Shown here in pieces: positions 9,701 through 18,185 of a stretch of 32,000 nt of DNA; the stretch's first letter is position 1, and every line of letters begins with the position of its first letter. The translations under genes and the position numbers were made by a program. The notes beneath the pieces were generated by a model that was not told the DNA's origin, made no database searches, and saw only the letters and a program-made list of their open reading frames with translations. Source of the DNA: Candidatus Saccharimonas aalborgensis (lineage in GTDB: Bacteria; Patescibacteriota; Saccharimonadia; Saccharimonadales; Saccharimonadaceae); the NCBI RefSeq assembly GCF_000392435.1, contig NC_021219.1:420001-452000 (forward strand), given 5' to 3'.

Positions 9701-10681
9701 GCTGCGTTTAACGACTTCAAGATACGCTATAGTTATCTTGGCAGCACCTCAACCACCGCTGGCGACTACGTGGACTGTGTCGACTATAACGCGCAGACGC
9801 TGGTTACGACCGGCTGGACGAAAGTAACGTGTTACATCCAAACTGATGCCAATGCCGCGACCAACCCTTACGTCTACTTCGTCGAAGCGACTTCGGGCGT
9901 ACGAACCTTCGCCGTTGACTCGTTTAGCATGACACTGGCGAGCATCACCACACCAAATGTTCAGGTCGGTGGCGGTATTAACGGTGGCCCAACCACACTC
10001 TTCACACTCGACAAAGGGGCAAGCGCACCAATCGCCAGCAACAACGATGCGCTGCTCGGCAGCATGTACTACGACACCACGCTTGGAAAGCTGCAGTGCT
10101 ACGAGGCTGATGGTTGGGGTGCCTGTGGTTCCAGCCCAGACAACATTGTCACTATCTCTCCAGAGTACACAAATGCGGTGCTCCACGGAACTGGTATCGG
10201 GACAATGACCAGCGACATCTGTTCAAGCACCCTCCAAATCAACGACGGGGTCAGTGGACGGCCCAGCGTCTGTGGGACAAATGAAACGTACAACTTCTAC
10301 AAATGGACTAGTCCTCAGGCCACAACTCAAACCTATAGTATCTATGTGACCTACCAGTTACCGAGTACCTTCAAGAGCTTCAACTCAGGTCAAGCCTCAC
10401 TCATGGCTCGTACCGATAACGGAAGCAGTGGCGGCTCATCAAGCGTTCAGTACCAAATATATCGAAATAACGGCAGCGGTCTTTTACCCTGTGGTTCAGC
10501 AGTCAGCGTTTCAAGTGGCACACAAACTTCATGGCTGACCGGTACGGCAACCGGTGCCGCCGACCCATCGACCTGTGGCTTTGCGCCTGGCAACAGTATC
10601 GTCTTCAAGATCGACATGACAACCAGTAAAAACGCGAACGCCTACGTTGGTAACCTCAACTTTGCCTTTAGCAACAAGTAG
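6782..10681 (+). CDS. Large exported fibre/adhesin-like protein with beta-helical repeats and two CBM-like modules
   Basis: 1299 aa; signal peptide ending AHAATG; N-terminal 'INQQMNFQGRLLNAQGAVVPDGYYNIQFKIYQDG'; Gly/Thr/Val repeats; two tandem CBM_4_9-like segments ending 'RTFYVDNLSVTI' and 'RTFAVDSFSMTL'. Confidence 0.75.
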   Translation: MPVTIFRALSRSLLGALFVGVFVVSGIIGVAPQTAHAATGINQQMNFQGRLLNAQGAVVPDGYYNIQFKIYQDGTGTTAGNPGGTLKWTEDWLNTAGNGVQVKNGFMSVQLGTINPFGSQVDWNQDTLWLSVNIGTTNTTCTPFSSCGGDGEMVPMKRLASVAYAMNAGSLGGLTASGFIQNTTVPQSANIAVQSASASSVGAMVQGASSQSVDLFRLQDSNGNVNAAFNNNGDQLTLGRISTTGTVTQGKLVFNDGTLDGYGLTIQSGTQTGNYTLTLPSLAGNATVCTSNSTATSACTNFIQNQTTLQAASNFHISGTGQADTAIITPAIRPTSDSTTALKVQNAAGTTDIMTIDSTNNRVGIALANGETASYDLSFGGGTDRIIGVNTNTSTGVGRSLTLQGGGGNGTNQAGGAVNIIGGAPTGSGVRGAVNLQTTVNGDVNIGNAGSAANTVTLTAGATNGIKLVSDKIMVGNATTTTTIQKTTQTTAGQAGQQLTIQGATSGTTGVGGAVLIQGGNSATGTTGGNLTLAGGTGTTSNGLVILNTSAFQTIANDANCFPSGTESTSSSGCTVAQTSVNNYASVIVGFTQDGQTATLPDPSIATAGRVVYVTASNLTKDFTLSVNGGGQGNQIAMRKNTTATMIWNGADWTAAGASSSTTLQAAYDNTLQSAGGAELVVSKTSATNGLTIRDSSTNPVNGTLLSVQTKSAAGLLQVNSNVTEYASNAGAETAGASATTFPASTWSSTGTATVTRQNVAGNYIATGQGSVSIAATAANSGAKNQLINSGGSAAALTANTTYNVSFTTRLTSGSSTFTDLNVQYSADGNTTLLTACGATSAVNTSIWTKVNCTFTTPASGITSGNAILIRQTASATRTFYVDNLSVTIAADYNFATDGSVTDAGNYATNWPTAGQGTVASSRIITDGNDASDSAQANVTAGAANAGIRNKLSSNPLSSTLYRVTVYGKLISGAAFNDFKIRYSYLGSTSTTAGDYVDCVDYNAQTLVTTGWTKVTCYIQTDANAATNPYVYFVEATSGVRTFAVDSFSMTLASITTPNVQVGGGINGGPTTLFTLDKGASAPIASNNDALLGSMYYDTTLGKLQCYEADGWGACGSSPDNIVTISPEYTNAVLHGTGIGTMTSDICSSTLQINDGVSGRPSVCGTNETYNFYKWTSPQATTQTYSIYVTYQLPSTFKSFNSGQASLMARTDNGSSGGSSSVQYQIYRNNGSGLLPCGSAVSVSSGTQTSWLTGTATGAADPSTCGFAPGNSIVFKIDMTTSKNANAYVGNLNFAFSNK

Positions 10682-10698
10682 CTACCTCTTCACGGTTA

Positions 10699-10707
10699 TG
10701 GTACAAT
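10699..10707 (+). promoter_or_regulatory. Extended -10 element TGG-TACAAT
   Basis: TGGTACAAT, predicted TSS ~10714, 27 nt before ATG 10741; the leader contains CCACCccGGTGG. Confidence 0.4.
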
Positions 10708-10740
10708 AACAGAGAAGCCACCCCGGTGGATAGTGAGGGT

Positions 10741-13700
10741 ATGAAGAGAAAAAATCAATCAAGTCAGCGTAAACACGACATCGGCCGACTACGGCACGGG
10801 CGTATTGAGAGTTGTTTGTCATTGGTAAAGCGTTTCACAAAAGTAACGGCAAGCGGGAAACGCTATATTGTCATACCTGCGCCCACCAAGAAGGGCTTGC
10901 TGCGGTTTGGTCTTATTATCGTCATTGTTACCGCCATCACTGCTATTGGTTATCAGTTGTATCGTTATTATGGACCGCATAACTACCAACTCAGTTCAGC
11001 TGGAAAGTTGCTTACGCCCCCTAGCGATGTGCTTGCAAAAAGCCTCTTATTCGATGCGAAGCAACAGATCTATAGTTTCATAAACGGGAGAGCAAGCACA
11101 CCAGAATCAAAACAAAGTGGTGCGGGCCTTGTCGCCGCGACTATACCTGTCGATGCCGCGAAGGGTATGGTGGTCACCGACCCCAACTACAAAGTTGACC
11201 TCACTATTACTCCCCAATTTGCGGTCGCAAATGGCCAACAAGATCAAAACCGCGTCGTATACCCATTTCGCGACCACAGCGGCTGGCTAGTATATACCGC
11301 TGAGGGGACAGGCATCAAAGAAGACATCGTGCTCTCAAAGGCACCCGGCAACGAGGCGTCATTTACTTATTTGCTGAAACTACCTGACGGCACTGAAGCA
11401 CGGCAAGAGTCAGATGGTAGTATTGGTGTCTATGGTAACGAGCTCTTCATCAACAACATCTCTGCAGGTTCCGATGCAGACGCCGCTCTCCTCAAGAAAG
11501 CCCGCGAAAATGCCAAAAAATCCCTATTACTTTTTGTCATACCAAGCCCAATTGTCAAAGAGTACGGCAAGCAAACTTCGCAGGTTGAGGCGTCGTTTCA
11601 CCTCGAGAAAAATCGTCTCACCGTCACCGCCAAGGAACTCACCAAAGCTACCTACCCGCTGACCATCGACCCAAGCATCTACGTGGTCACCGCCCAGCAG
11701 TTCATGAATGGTAACAACGAGACCAACATCAATTTCGACGTCGCTAACAAACTTATTAAGAAGGGCCGTACCACTGGCGCGCGATTTGACACGTGGAACA
11801 GCGCGACCAAATTACCTCAGGGAAACTGGGCTGGCGGTACGGCAGTTGCTGGTGGCTACCTCTACTCGGTCGGTGGCCTTTCACTCAACGGCCAGATCTA
11901 CACCGCGCAGGGTGCAAGTACATTTACTGTCCCGGCTGGCATTACAAGCCTCTCTGTCAAGGTATGGGGGGGTGGTGGAGGTGGTGGTGCCGGCGGTTCA
12001 GCCGCCGCCGGAGGCACCGGTGGAGGAGGTGGCTATGTATCGGGAAGTGTAGCGGTCACACCGGGCGAAACTCTCACTGTATATGTCGGTGGTGGAGGCG
12101 CAACTGGTACTCGCAACACTGCTGGTGGTGGAGGTGGAGGTGGTGGCTACTCCAGTATTTACCGAGGCGCAACCCCACTGGCAATCGCTGCTGGTGGTGG
12201 AGGTGGAGGTGGTGGCCGTAACTCAGCTGGTAATACAGGTGGCGCTGGTGGCGCTGGTGGCGGCACGAATGGTATCGCTGGCACAACATCTGGTGCTGGT
12301 GGAGGTGGTGGCGGTGGTACTCAGTCTGCTGGTGGCGCCGGTGGTACTGGCGGTACGAACGCAGGTTCAGCTGGTAGCTCACTCACTGGTGGTCTTGGTG
12401 GTGACGGACGCACCAGTGGTACAACCGACGGAAGTGGCGCAAGTGGTGGTCTTGCAAGTGGCGGTAACGGTGGCGGCGTCATAGCTACCAGTCGTGCCGG
12501 TGGTGGTGGTGGTGGCGCTGGGTACTTTGGTGGTGGTGGTGGATCGAGCTCATCAAGCGGCTCTGGTGCTGGGGGTGGTGGTAGCGGCTCAAGTTTTGTT
12601 TCAGGTAGCCTCACAACCACAGCTGGTGGCGGCCAAAATCCTGGTAATAACACCGATACTGACCGCTCCGGTGCGGGCCAAGGAGGTAACGCGGGTGCAA
12701 CGGGCGGCACGGGCACTGGCGGTAGCAATGGTATCATCATCATCAACTACGGAGCAGGCGGCACAACCACAAGCACCACGCTCAACTGGATTCACCTTTC
12801 AACTACCGACGGTTCACTCGAAAGCCCAAACCCCGGCAACGGAGCCTGTAGCGGCTGGTGCACCGACAGTGCCTACAATCTCCCTGAAGCACGGAGCAAC
12901 TACTCGCTAGTCGCCTACAATGGCTTCCTGTACGTCATCGGCGGACTCAACGGCAGCGGTGTTCCTCAAACAACAATCTATGTCGCAAAGCTCGGTGCCA
13001 ATGGTGAGCCCCAGCTTTGGAACCCAACATGGAACCCGACAACTGACCCAACCAAGACAACCTGGAGCTACTGGTATACCAACAACGTGAGCTTATCAAG
13101 TGCCCGCTCCGACATCACTGCCGCCGCGTACAATAACCGTTTGTATGTCATGGGCGGCAGAGCTGCCAGCAATACTATCGTTAGTACCGTCGAAGTCGCT
13201 GACCTCACGCCAACTGGGCAAATCGGCAGCTGGAGTGCTCAGACGTCACTTCCCTATAACGCATATGGTCATGGCGCGACCGTATACAACGACCGTCTCT
13301 ACATCATCGGTGGTAGCAGTACCGTCGGAGGCGGGCCCCGCACCGATGTGTATTACAACAAGATTAACACAAACGGTACCATAAATAGTTGGCAGCAGAC
13401 ATCGAGTTTCGCGACTGGACGCTTTTCTGGTGGCGGCAACTTCGTAACAGTCTGGGGAGCATTTATGTATATATCGGGTGGTTGTAGTGCAGTCAATGCC
13501 AGTGGATACTGTTCAACTGTGCAAAGTAATACACAGGTCGCAAGTATCAACACCGATGGAAGTCTCGACGTATGGAATACAGTTGGCACGGTGTCGAATC
13601 AGCGGTTTGGTCATGGGCTTTTCGCATGGCGTGACAATATCTACGAGGTTGGTGGCTGTTCTGCCCAAAATACCAGTACGGGTGCATGTACCGTTACCCT

Positions 13701-16383
13701 GGAGACGATCGTCTATGGATCGATCAATCGTGACGGCGATGCCTCAACCGTTGGGCAATCATCCAACCCCGGTAGCGGCACCTGCACCGGTGGTACGCCA
13801 ACAAACTGTAGTACACCAGCAGCCTCAATCGGTAGCCTACTCAATGCCTCGATTGTGTCAAACGGCTATCTCTACATATTTGGCGGCTGTACCGACACAG
13901 CATGCAACCCGAGTGGTGTCACCAATGGCGTTGCCTATGCCGCCATTAGTTCAACTGGGCAAATGTCAAAACCAGCTACCTGTCCAAATGGTGCCTTCCA
14001 AAACAATATATGGTGTATCCAATCGACCAATACCCTGCCCGTCTCCGTGGCTGCAGCGAGTCCGGTCATATTCAACAACCGCATATACCTGATTGGCGGG
14101 CTCAGCGGCAACAACAACACGAACACTATCATGCGTGCCAACCTTGGTACTGACGGAAGCGTTGGGGCATGGACACAGCAGTCGATGAGTGGTGCTGGCG
14201 CAACCTCAGTTTCCTATCAATATGCCTATACTCGTGCCAATCCAGCCGACGCAACCAACAACCCCGGGCACCTGTTTATATTTGGCGGCTGCACCAACAG
14301 CAACAACGCTGGCTGCACTGCCTACTCGCAAAATGTTTATCGCTGCAACATACAGGCGGCCGGGGCAATTGCAAGTTGCAGTACCACGAACCAGCTACAA
14401 ATCGGCACCATCCCCGGCGACACGCAAACCGGCCTCGCCATCATGAGTGGTACCGTCTACGCCAATTACGTATACCTCATTGGAGGTGTTTCACCGAACA
14501 TTCAGGACCTCAAAAGTGTTCGCTATGCCAAAATCGACAATAATAACAATGTTGTCACAGCTGGAGCGAGCGGCTGGACACAGTCCCCCAACGAAATGGC
14601 CGTTGGACGACGACGTTCGGCAGCTTTCGGGTACAACGGCTACATCTATGTGATCGGTGGTTACGAAGCAGCAACCGGAACACTTCCTGACATTGAGTTT
14701 ATTAAGATGAATGTTAGTGACGGCAGTCTGGGCGACGGCGGTACCGAGACCTTCAATGTCTCGGCCGTGCAGATTAACCAGCGCTGGGGACTAAGCGCGC
14801 CGGTATCAAATTCCTATGCGTACGTTATCGGTGGCTGTACAAACGGTGCCAGTCCGGGCGGCTGTACCAGCACGACAAATGTCGTCCAAACATTCCAAGT
14901 CTACAACAATGACAGCGGCGCGCCGGCTGGCTATAGCACCAGCGCCAACCAGTATACTGCTCAGGCAAACCGCATCGGCGCCTCAGCCGCCATTCACAAT
15001 GGCTATCTCTATGTCGCCGGAGGCTGTACTAGCGCAACCGACTGTACCGCGACTACAACCGACGTCTCGTACGCACCAATCGACGCCAATGGTGCTGTTG
15101 GCACATGGACCAGCACTGCTAGTCTACCCGCGGCACGGACTTGGGGCAAGTTGCGGGCTGCGGGCGGTACGCTCTACTACATCGGCGGACAGTCAAATAC
15201 CGCCACCGACCGTCGCACCGAGGTCTATTATGCAACACCAAGCGGCGGCGCAATTTCGTCGTGGAATACCGCGTCCAATGCGCTACCAGCCGGTCGAACA
15301 AAGTTTGGCGCAACTGTCTGGAACAACCGCCTCTATGTTGTTGGCGGCGAAGGTACTGGTACTGGCTGTACGGCGAGTAACGTGTGCAACACCGTCTATG
15401 TCAGCCCCCAGCTAAATAGCGGCGGCAACATAGGCACCGCGTGGTCAACTGGCAGCACCTCGTTCACCGTGGCACGAAGCGGTGCCACAGCCATTGCGTA
15501 CGCAAACAACCTCTATCTTTTCGGTGGTTATGACGGGGCGAACTATCTGAGTGATAGTCAATATTCGCAGATCAATGCAAGCACGGGCAATGCAGGCTCA
15601 TGGAATTTCTCTAGCAGTATGCCAGGACCGCTCGCTGATGGAGACGGCTTCGCCGCCAACGGCTACATCTATGTGCTCGGTGGTAGGAGTAGTGCGACGA
15701 CGTGCGACCCCGCGACAATCGTTGCTCCCATCAGTGCTAACACGACCATCGCGAGTGGCAACAACCCGACTGGTATAGGCGAGTGGTATGAAACAAATCA
15801 GCGATATACTGGAGCGCGCTACGGTGCGGCTGCCGTGTATACTGACGGAAAAGCCTACGTTCTCGGTGGTGGCTGTGGCAGCACGCTCACCTACGCAAGC
15901 CCCGTCACACAACAGACACCCCTCCTATCACAGCCGCAGGTTGCCAAATATTCCATCATGATTGACACCGACTCCGATGTCTTCCCAAATGCGTGGCTAC
16001 TAAACGGTCTCGACAACTCCATCGGCGCTCGCTGGCAACTCAAATACCGCAGCATGGCCAATCAACAAGCCGCCAGCCTATGCGCAACCATGAGTACATG
16101 GGGCCAAGACACCAACTTCGGCGACGTCACACTTGGAACACCCGGTGCGTATATTGTGAAAGATGGTAGCGGCACCGACATCAAATGTGGACGCTACTTC
16201 TTCTTCAATGTAACGGTCGATAGCTCACAATCCTTTGGCTATCCCGACGACGTGAGTCGCGGTCCAACGATCACCGACTTGACCCTCCAATTTACCGCCG
16301 ATCCCGGCAAACGATTGATGCACGGCCGCACCTTTACTGGCGGCCTCCAGATGCCCGATGACACGCCATATTATACCAATTAG
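10741..16383 (+). CDS. Giant membrane-anchored Kelch-like repeat protein with inserted poly-glycine domain
   Basis: ORF 10726..16383; start moved to ATG 10741 preceded by GAGGGT. N-terminal TM; pre-propeller domain ending 'TKATYPLTIDPSIYVV'; many 'NGYLYVIGG..' Kelch motifs; conserved C-terminal domain. Confidence 0.85.
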   Translation: MKRKNQSSQRKHDIGRLRHGRIESCLSLVKRFTKVTASGKRYIVIPAPTKKGLLRFGLIIVIVTAITAIGYQLYRYYGPHNYQLSSAGKLLTPPSDVLAKSLLFDAKQQIYSFINGRASTPESKQSGAGLVAATIPVDAAKGMVVTDPNYKVDLTITPQFAVANGQQDQNRVVYPFRDHSGWLVYTAEGTGIKEDIVLSKAPGNEASFTYLLKLPDGTEARQESDGSIGVYGNELFINNISAGSDADAALLKKARENAKKSLLLFVIPSPIVKEYGKQTSQVEASFHLEKNRLTVTAKELTKATYPLTIDPSIYVVTAQQFMNGNNETNINFDVANKLIKKGRTTGARFDTWNSATKLPQGNWAGGTAVAGGYLYSVGGLSLNGQIYTAQGASTFTVPAGITSLSVKVWGGGGGGGAGGSAAAGGTGGGGGYVSGSVAVTPGETLTVYVGGGGATGTRNTAGGGGGGGGYSSIYRGATPLAIAAGGGGGGGGRNSAGNTGGAGGAGGGTNGIAGTTSGAGGGGGGGTQSAGGAGGTGGTNAGSAGSSLTGGLGGDGRTSGTTDGSGASGGLASGGNGGGVIATSRAGGGGGGAGYFGGGGGSSSSSGSGAGGGGSGSSFVSGSLTTTAGGGQNPGNNTDTDRSGAGQGGNAGATGGTGTGGSNGIIIINYGAGGTTTSTTLNWIHLSTTDGSLESPNPGNGACSGWCTDSAYNLPEARSNYSLVAYNGFLYVIGGLNGSGVPQTTIYVAKLGANGEPQLWNPTWNPTTDPTKTTWSYWYTNNVSLSSARSDITAAAYNNRLYVMGGRAASNTIVSTVEVADLTPTGQIGSWSAQTSLPYNAYGHGATVYNDRLYIIGGSSTVGGGPRTDVYYNKINTNGTINSWQQTSSFATGRFSGGGNFVTVWGAFMYISGGCSAVNASGYCSTVQSNTQVASINTDGSLDVWNTVGTVSNQRFGHGLFAWRDNIYEVGGCSAQNTSTGACTVTLETIVYGSINRDGDASTVGQSSNPGSGTCTGGTPTNCSTPAASIGSLLNASIVSNGYLYIFGGCTDTACNPSGVTNGVAYAAISSTGQMSKPATCPNGAFQNNIWCIQSTNTLPVSVAAASPVIFNNRIYLIGGLSGNNNTNTIMRANLGTDGSVGAWTQQSMSGAGATSVSYQYAYTRANPADATNNPGHLFIFGGCTNSNNAGCTAYSQNVYRCNIQAAGAIASCSTTNQLQIGTIPGDTQTGLAIMSGTVYANYVYLIGGVSPNIQDLKSVRYAKIDNNNNVVTAGASGWTQSPNEMAVGRRRSAAFGYNGYIYVIGGYEAATGTLPDIEFIKMNVSDGSLGDGGTETFNVSAVQINQRWGLSAPVSNSYAYVIGGCTNGASPGGCTSTTNVVQTFQVYNNDSGAPAGYSTSANQYTAQANRIGASAAIHNGYLYVAGGCTSATDCTATTTDVSYAPIDANGAVGTWTSTASLPAARTWGKLRAAGGTLYYIGGQSNTATDRRTEVYYATPSGGAISSWNTASNALPAGRTKFGATVWNNRLYVVGGEGTGTGCTASNVCNTVYVSPQLNSGGNIGTAWSTGSTSFTVARSGATAIAYANNLYLFGGYDGANYLSDSQYSQINASTGNAGSWNFSSSMPGPLADGDGFAANGYIYVLGGRSSATTCDPATIVAPISANTTIASGNNPTGIGEWYETNQRYTGARYGAAAVYTDGKAYVLGGGCGSTLTYASPVTQQTPLLSQPQVAKYSIMIDTDSDVFPNAWLLNGLDNSIGARWQLKYRSMANQQAASLCATMSTWGQDTNFGDVTLGTPGAYIVKDGSGTDIKCGRYFFFNVTVDSSQSFGYPDDVSRGPTITDLTLQFTADPGKRLMHGRTFTGGLQMPDDTPYYTN
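11911..12762 (+). repeat. Low-complexity (GGT/GGA)n region encoding Gly-rich domain
   Basis: Encodes GASTFTVPAGITSLSVKVWGGGGGGGAGG...IIIINYGAGG; matches the Gly-rich pattern seen in tail-fibre/surface proteins. Confidence 0.85.
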
Positions 16384-16399
16384 GAAAAACCCTACTACG

Positions 16400-17020
16400 A
16401 TGAATCCCCGTCCACATTCATACAAACCTTCTGCCACTCAGCACCGTGTGGTTGCTTTTAGTCCCCCGAAGCGTCCACCGTGGTATAGAGTGCGCATAGC
16501 AAAATTACTGCACCAACCACGACTTATCATTGGTGCCCTGCTTCTTCTTGGCATTGTCTTTATTATTAGCTGGTCTCAGAAAAAAAACGATCTTATTCAG
16601 CCTCACACCGAGACCACAGCGTCAACAAAAAAATCAAAAGATGAGGTTCCAAAGTTCATAACGGTACTACCAGGAGGTAAATCAATTGCCGACCTTGGCG
16701 GCTGGACACGCGTTAGTCCCGATTCTGCTGACCCAGTATTCGCCTACGTTGACAACCTGGATGGATCGCAGATTATTGTTAGTCAGCAACCACTTCCCGA
16801 CACATTTCAATCTGATCCCGAGGGACATATCGCTGAACTTGCAAAAAGTTACAATGCTTCAGACAAGATCAGCACTACAACCACGACAATCTATATTGGT
16901 GACTCAATAAAAGGACCGCAGTCGGTCATATGTACCAAATCAAAACTACTCATTCTCATCAAATCATCCGTCAAGCATTCGAACGATAGCTGGATTCGTT
17001 ACATTAATTCACTCAGCTAG
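16400..17020 (+). CDS. Hypothetical membrane-anchored protein
   Basis: ORF 16358..17020 trimmed to ATG 16400, which is outside the upstream CDS. TM 'LIIGALLLLGIVFIISW' and a small extracellular domain. Confidence 0.6.
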   Translation: MNPRPHSYKPSATQHRVVAFSPPKRPPWYRVRIAKLLHQPRLIIGALLLLGIVFIISWSQKKNDLIQPHTETTASTKKSKDEVPKFITVLPGGKSIADLGGWTRVSPDSADPVFAYVDNLDGSQIIVSQQPLPDTFQSDPEGHIAELAKSYNASDKISTTTTTIYIGDSIKGPQSVICTKSKLLILIKSSVKHSNDSWIRYINSLS

Positions 17021-17022
17021 TA

Positions 17023-17544
17023 TTACTGAACCACTAGCTCACCACGCATATACCCGCTCTTGCCGTTCTCGGCGCACGTTATGTCGATTGGCCACTTTCC
17101 CTTTGTTCTATTTGACTCAACTGACCAACTCCAGCTCACCACGCCATACTCATCTGCCATCTTTGGCACCAGGCCACTATCACGGCTTTTTTCACTATTG
17201 TCATACGTAACGATGATACTACAAGCAGCCTTTGGTTTGGTACGAATAGTAATTGAGGCATTTGACCCGGCTGAAAGTGGCGACGTCAATACGCTAATCG
17301 AAACACCAACCGGAGCGTTATCAGCAACTTTTGGCGGCGCTACTTCACGAGTCGGTGCTGGTTGGACCTTCGACACTTTCACTTCCGCGTGCTGCCCCGT
17401 CCACCACACATACCAGAGAGCTGCCGCGAGAGCGAGCAACAAGACAAGGAGCAGTGCAATTGTGGCTATCACAGCCGAGCGGCGGCGATGCTGTCGCCGG
17501 CGACCACGTGCTGTTGCCGGCGTGTGCTTCAATTCTTTGAGCAT
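17023..17544 (-). CDS. Hypothetical single-TM protein with small extracellular beta domain
   Basis: TM 'VIATIALLLVLLLALAAALWYVWW' then 'SVLTSPLSAGSNASITIRTKPKAACSIIVTY'; 5 nt downstream of the next - strand gene. Confidence 0.65.
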   Translation of the reverse strand: MLKELKHTPATARGRRRQHRRRSAVIATIALLLVLLLALAAALWYVWWTGQHAEVKVSKVQPAPTREVAPPKVADNAPVGVSISVLTSPLSAGSNASITIRTKPKAACSIIVTYDNSEKSRDSGLVPKMADEYGVVSWSWSVESNRTKGKWPIDITCAENGKSGYMRGELVVQ

Positions 17545-17549
17545 GAGTG

Positions 17550-18113
17550 TTATTTATTTTTATCGTTGTACTCTTTGATGGTCTGCGAAACTTTACCATC
17601 GGCCTTGAGATTTTCAAAGAACAACACCTGGGTACGCTCAATCATCATCTCATCGTCTGGGCCGTGAAGCTCACCGCCCAACTTTATTAGTTCAACCCCA
17701 TTGCTATCACTGGTCTGCGGATTCTTTGCATCGCTCGTAGTTGACTTTGTTTGGAGATAAAAAACGCTCGTCAGTCGATAATACTCGTTGTTCGCTCGTT
17801 GCAACTTGCCAAAGTACACCTGTCCATTGCTAAGAAAAACAGCTTGATACTTATCTCCCTTTATAACATTACCGATAGTCGCTTGGTATACCATCCATCC
17901 GAGACAAGCCGCGATCAGTAGCGCGATGAGTCCACCGACAATCATCATAGTTCGACGCGAAAAGCGACGAAGCGGTTCCTGCCGCCGAAATGATACAGTC
18001 GAAGTGTGGGGTACTTCGCCGTGAGGCGGCTCTGCGACGGGTTCGGGTTCAGTGGACCGCAGTTGCTGTTGCGGTACGCCCGGACGAGTTGGGCGACTCG
18101 AAAATCTATCCAT
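17550..18113 (-). CDS. Hypothetical single-TM protein
   Basis: TM 'MMIVGGLIALLIAACLGWMVYQ'; RBS GGGAG upstream of ATG; 'YQAVFLSNGQVYFGKLQ..YYRLTSVFYLQ' conserved-looking domain. Confidence 0.7.
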   Translation of the reverse strand: MDRFSSRPTRPGVPQQQLRSTEPEPVAEPPHGEVPHTSTVSFRRQEPLRRFSRRTMMIVGGLIALLIAACLGWMVYQATIGNVIKGDKYQAVFLSNGQVYFGKLQRANNEYYRLTSVFYLQTKSTTSDAKNPQTSDSNGVELIKLGGELHGPDDEMMIERTQVLFFENLKADGKVSQTIKEYNDKNK

Positions 18114-18185
18114 TATATTTCTCCCTTGTTATTCTTATGGTTATCATATCACAAGGCTCGTACCTCTGTCCAGAACACCAATCAC

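Noticed and set aside
12321-12746. Long minus-strand ORF (Pro/Leu-rich) in the Gly-rich region
   Set aside because: It is the antisense reading of the (GGT/GGA)n repeat; low complexity produces stop-free shadow frames.
11911-12762. Possible CRISPR or minisatellite array
   Set aside because: Repeats are triplet-level glycine codons without constant repeats and unique spacers; the reading frame is intact throughout.
11662-12910. Other overlapping + strand ORFs (11708..12052, 11793..12221, 12083..12484, 12494..12910)
   Set aside because: All lie in alternative frames of the strongly supported Kelch/Gly-rich CDS and have frame-shadow compositions.
13478-15415. Additional + strand ORFs in the Kelch region (13478..14092, 14169..14543, 14816..15415)
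   Set aside because: Out-of-frame with the long repeat CDS and lack initiation signals.
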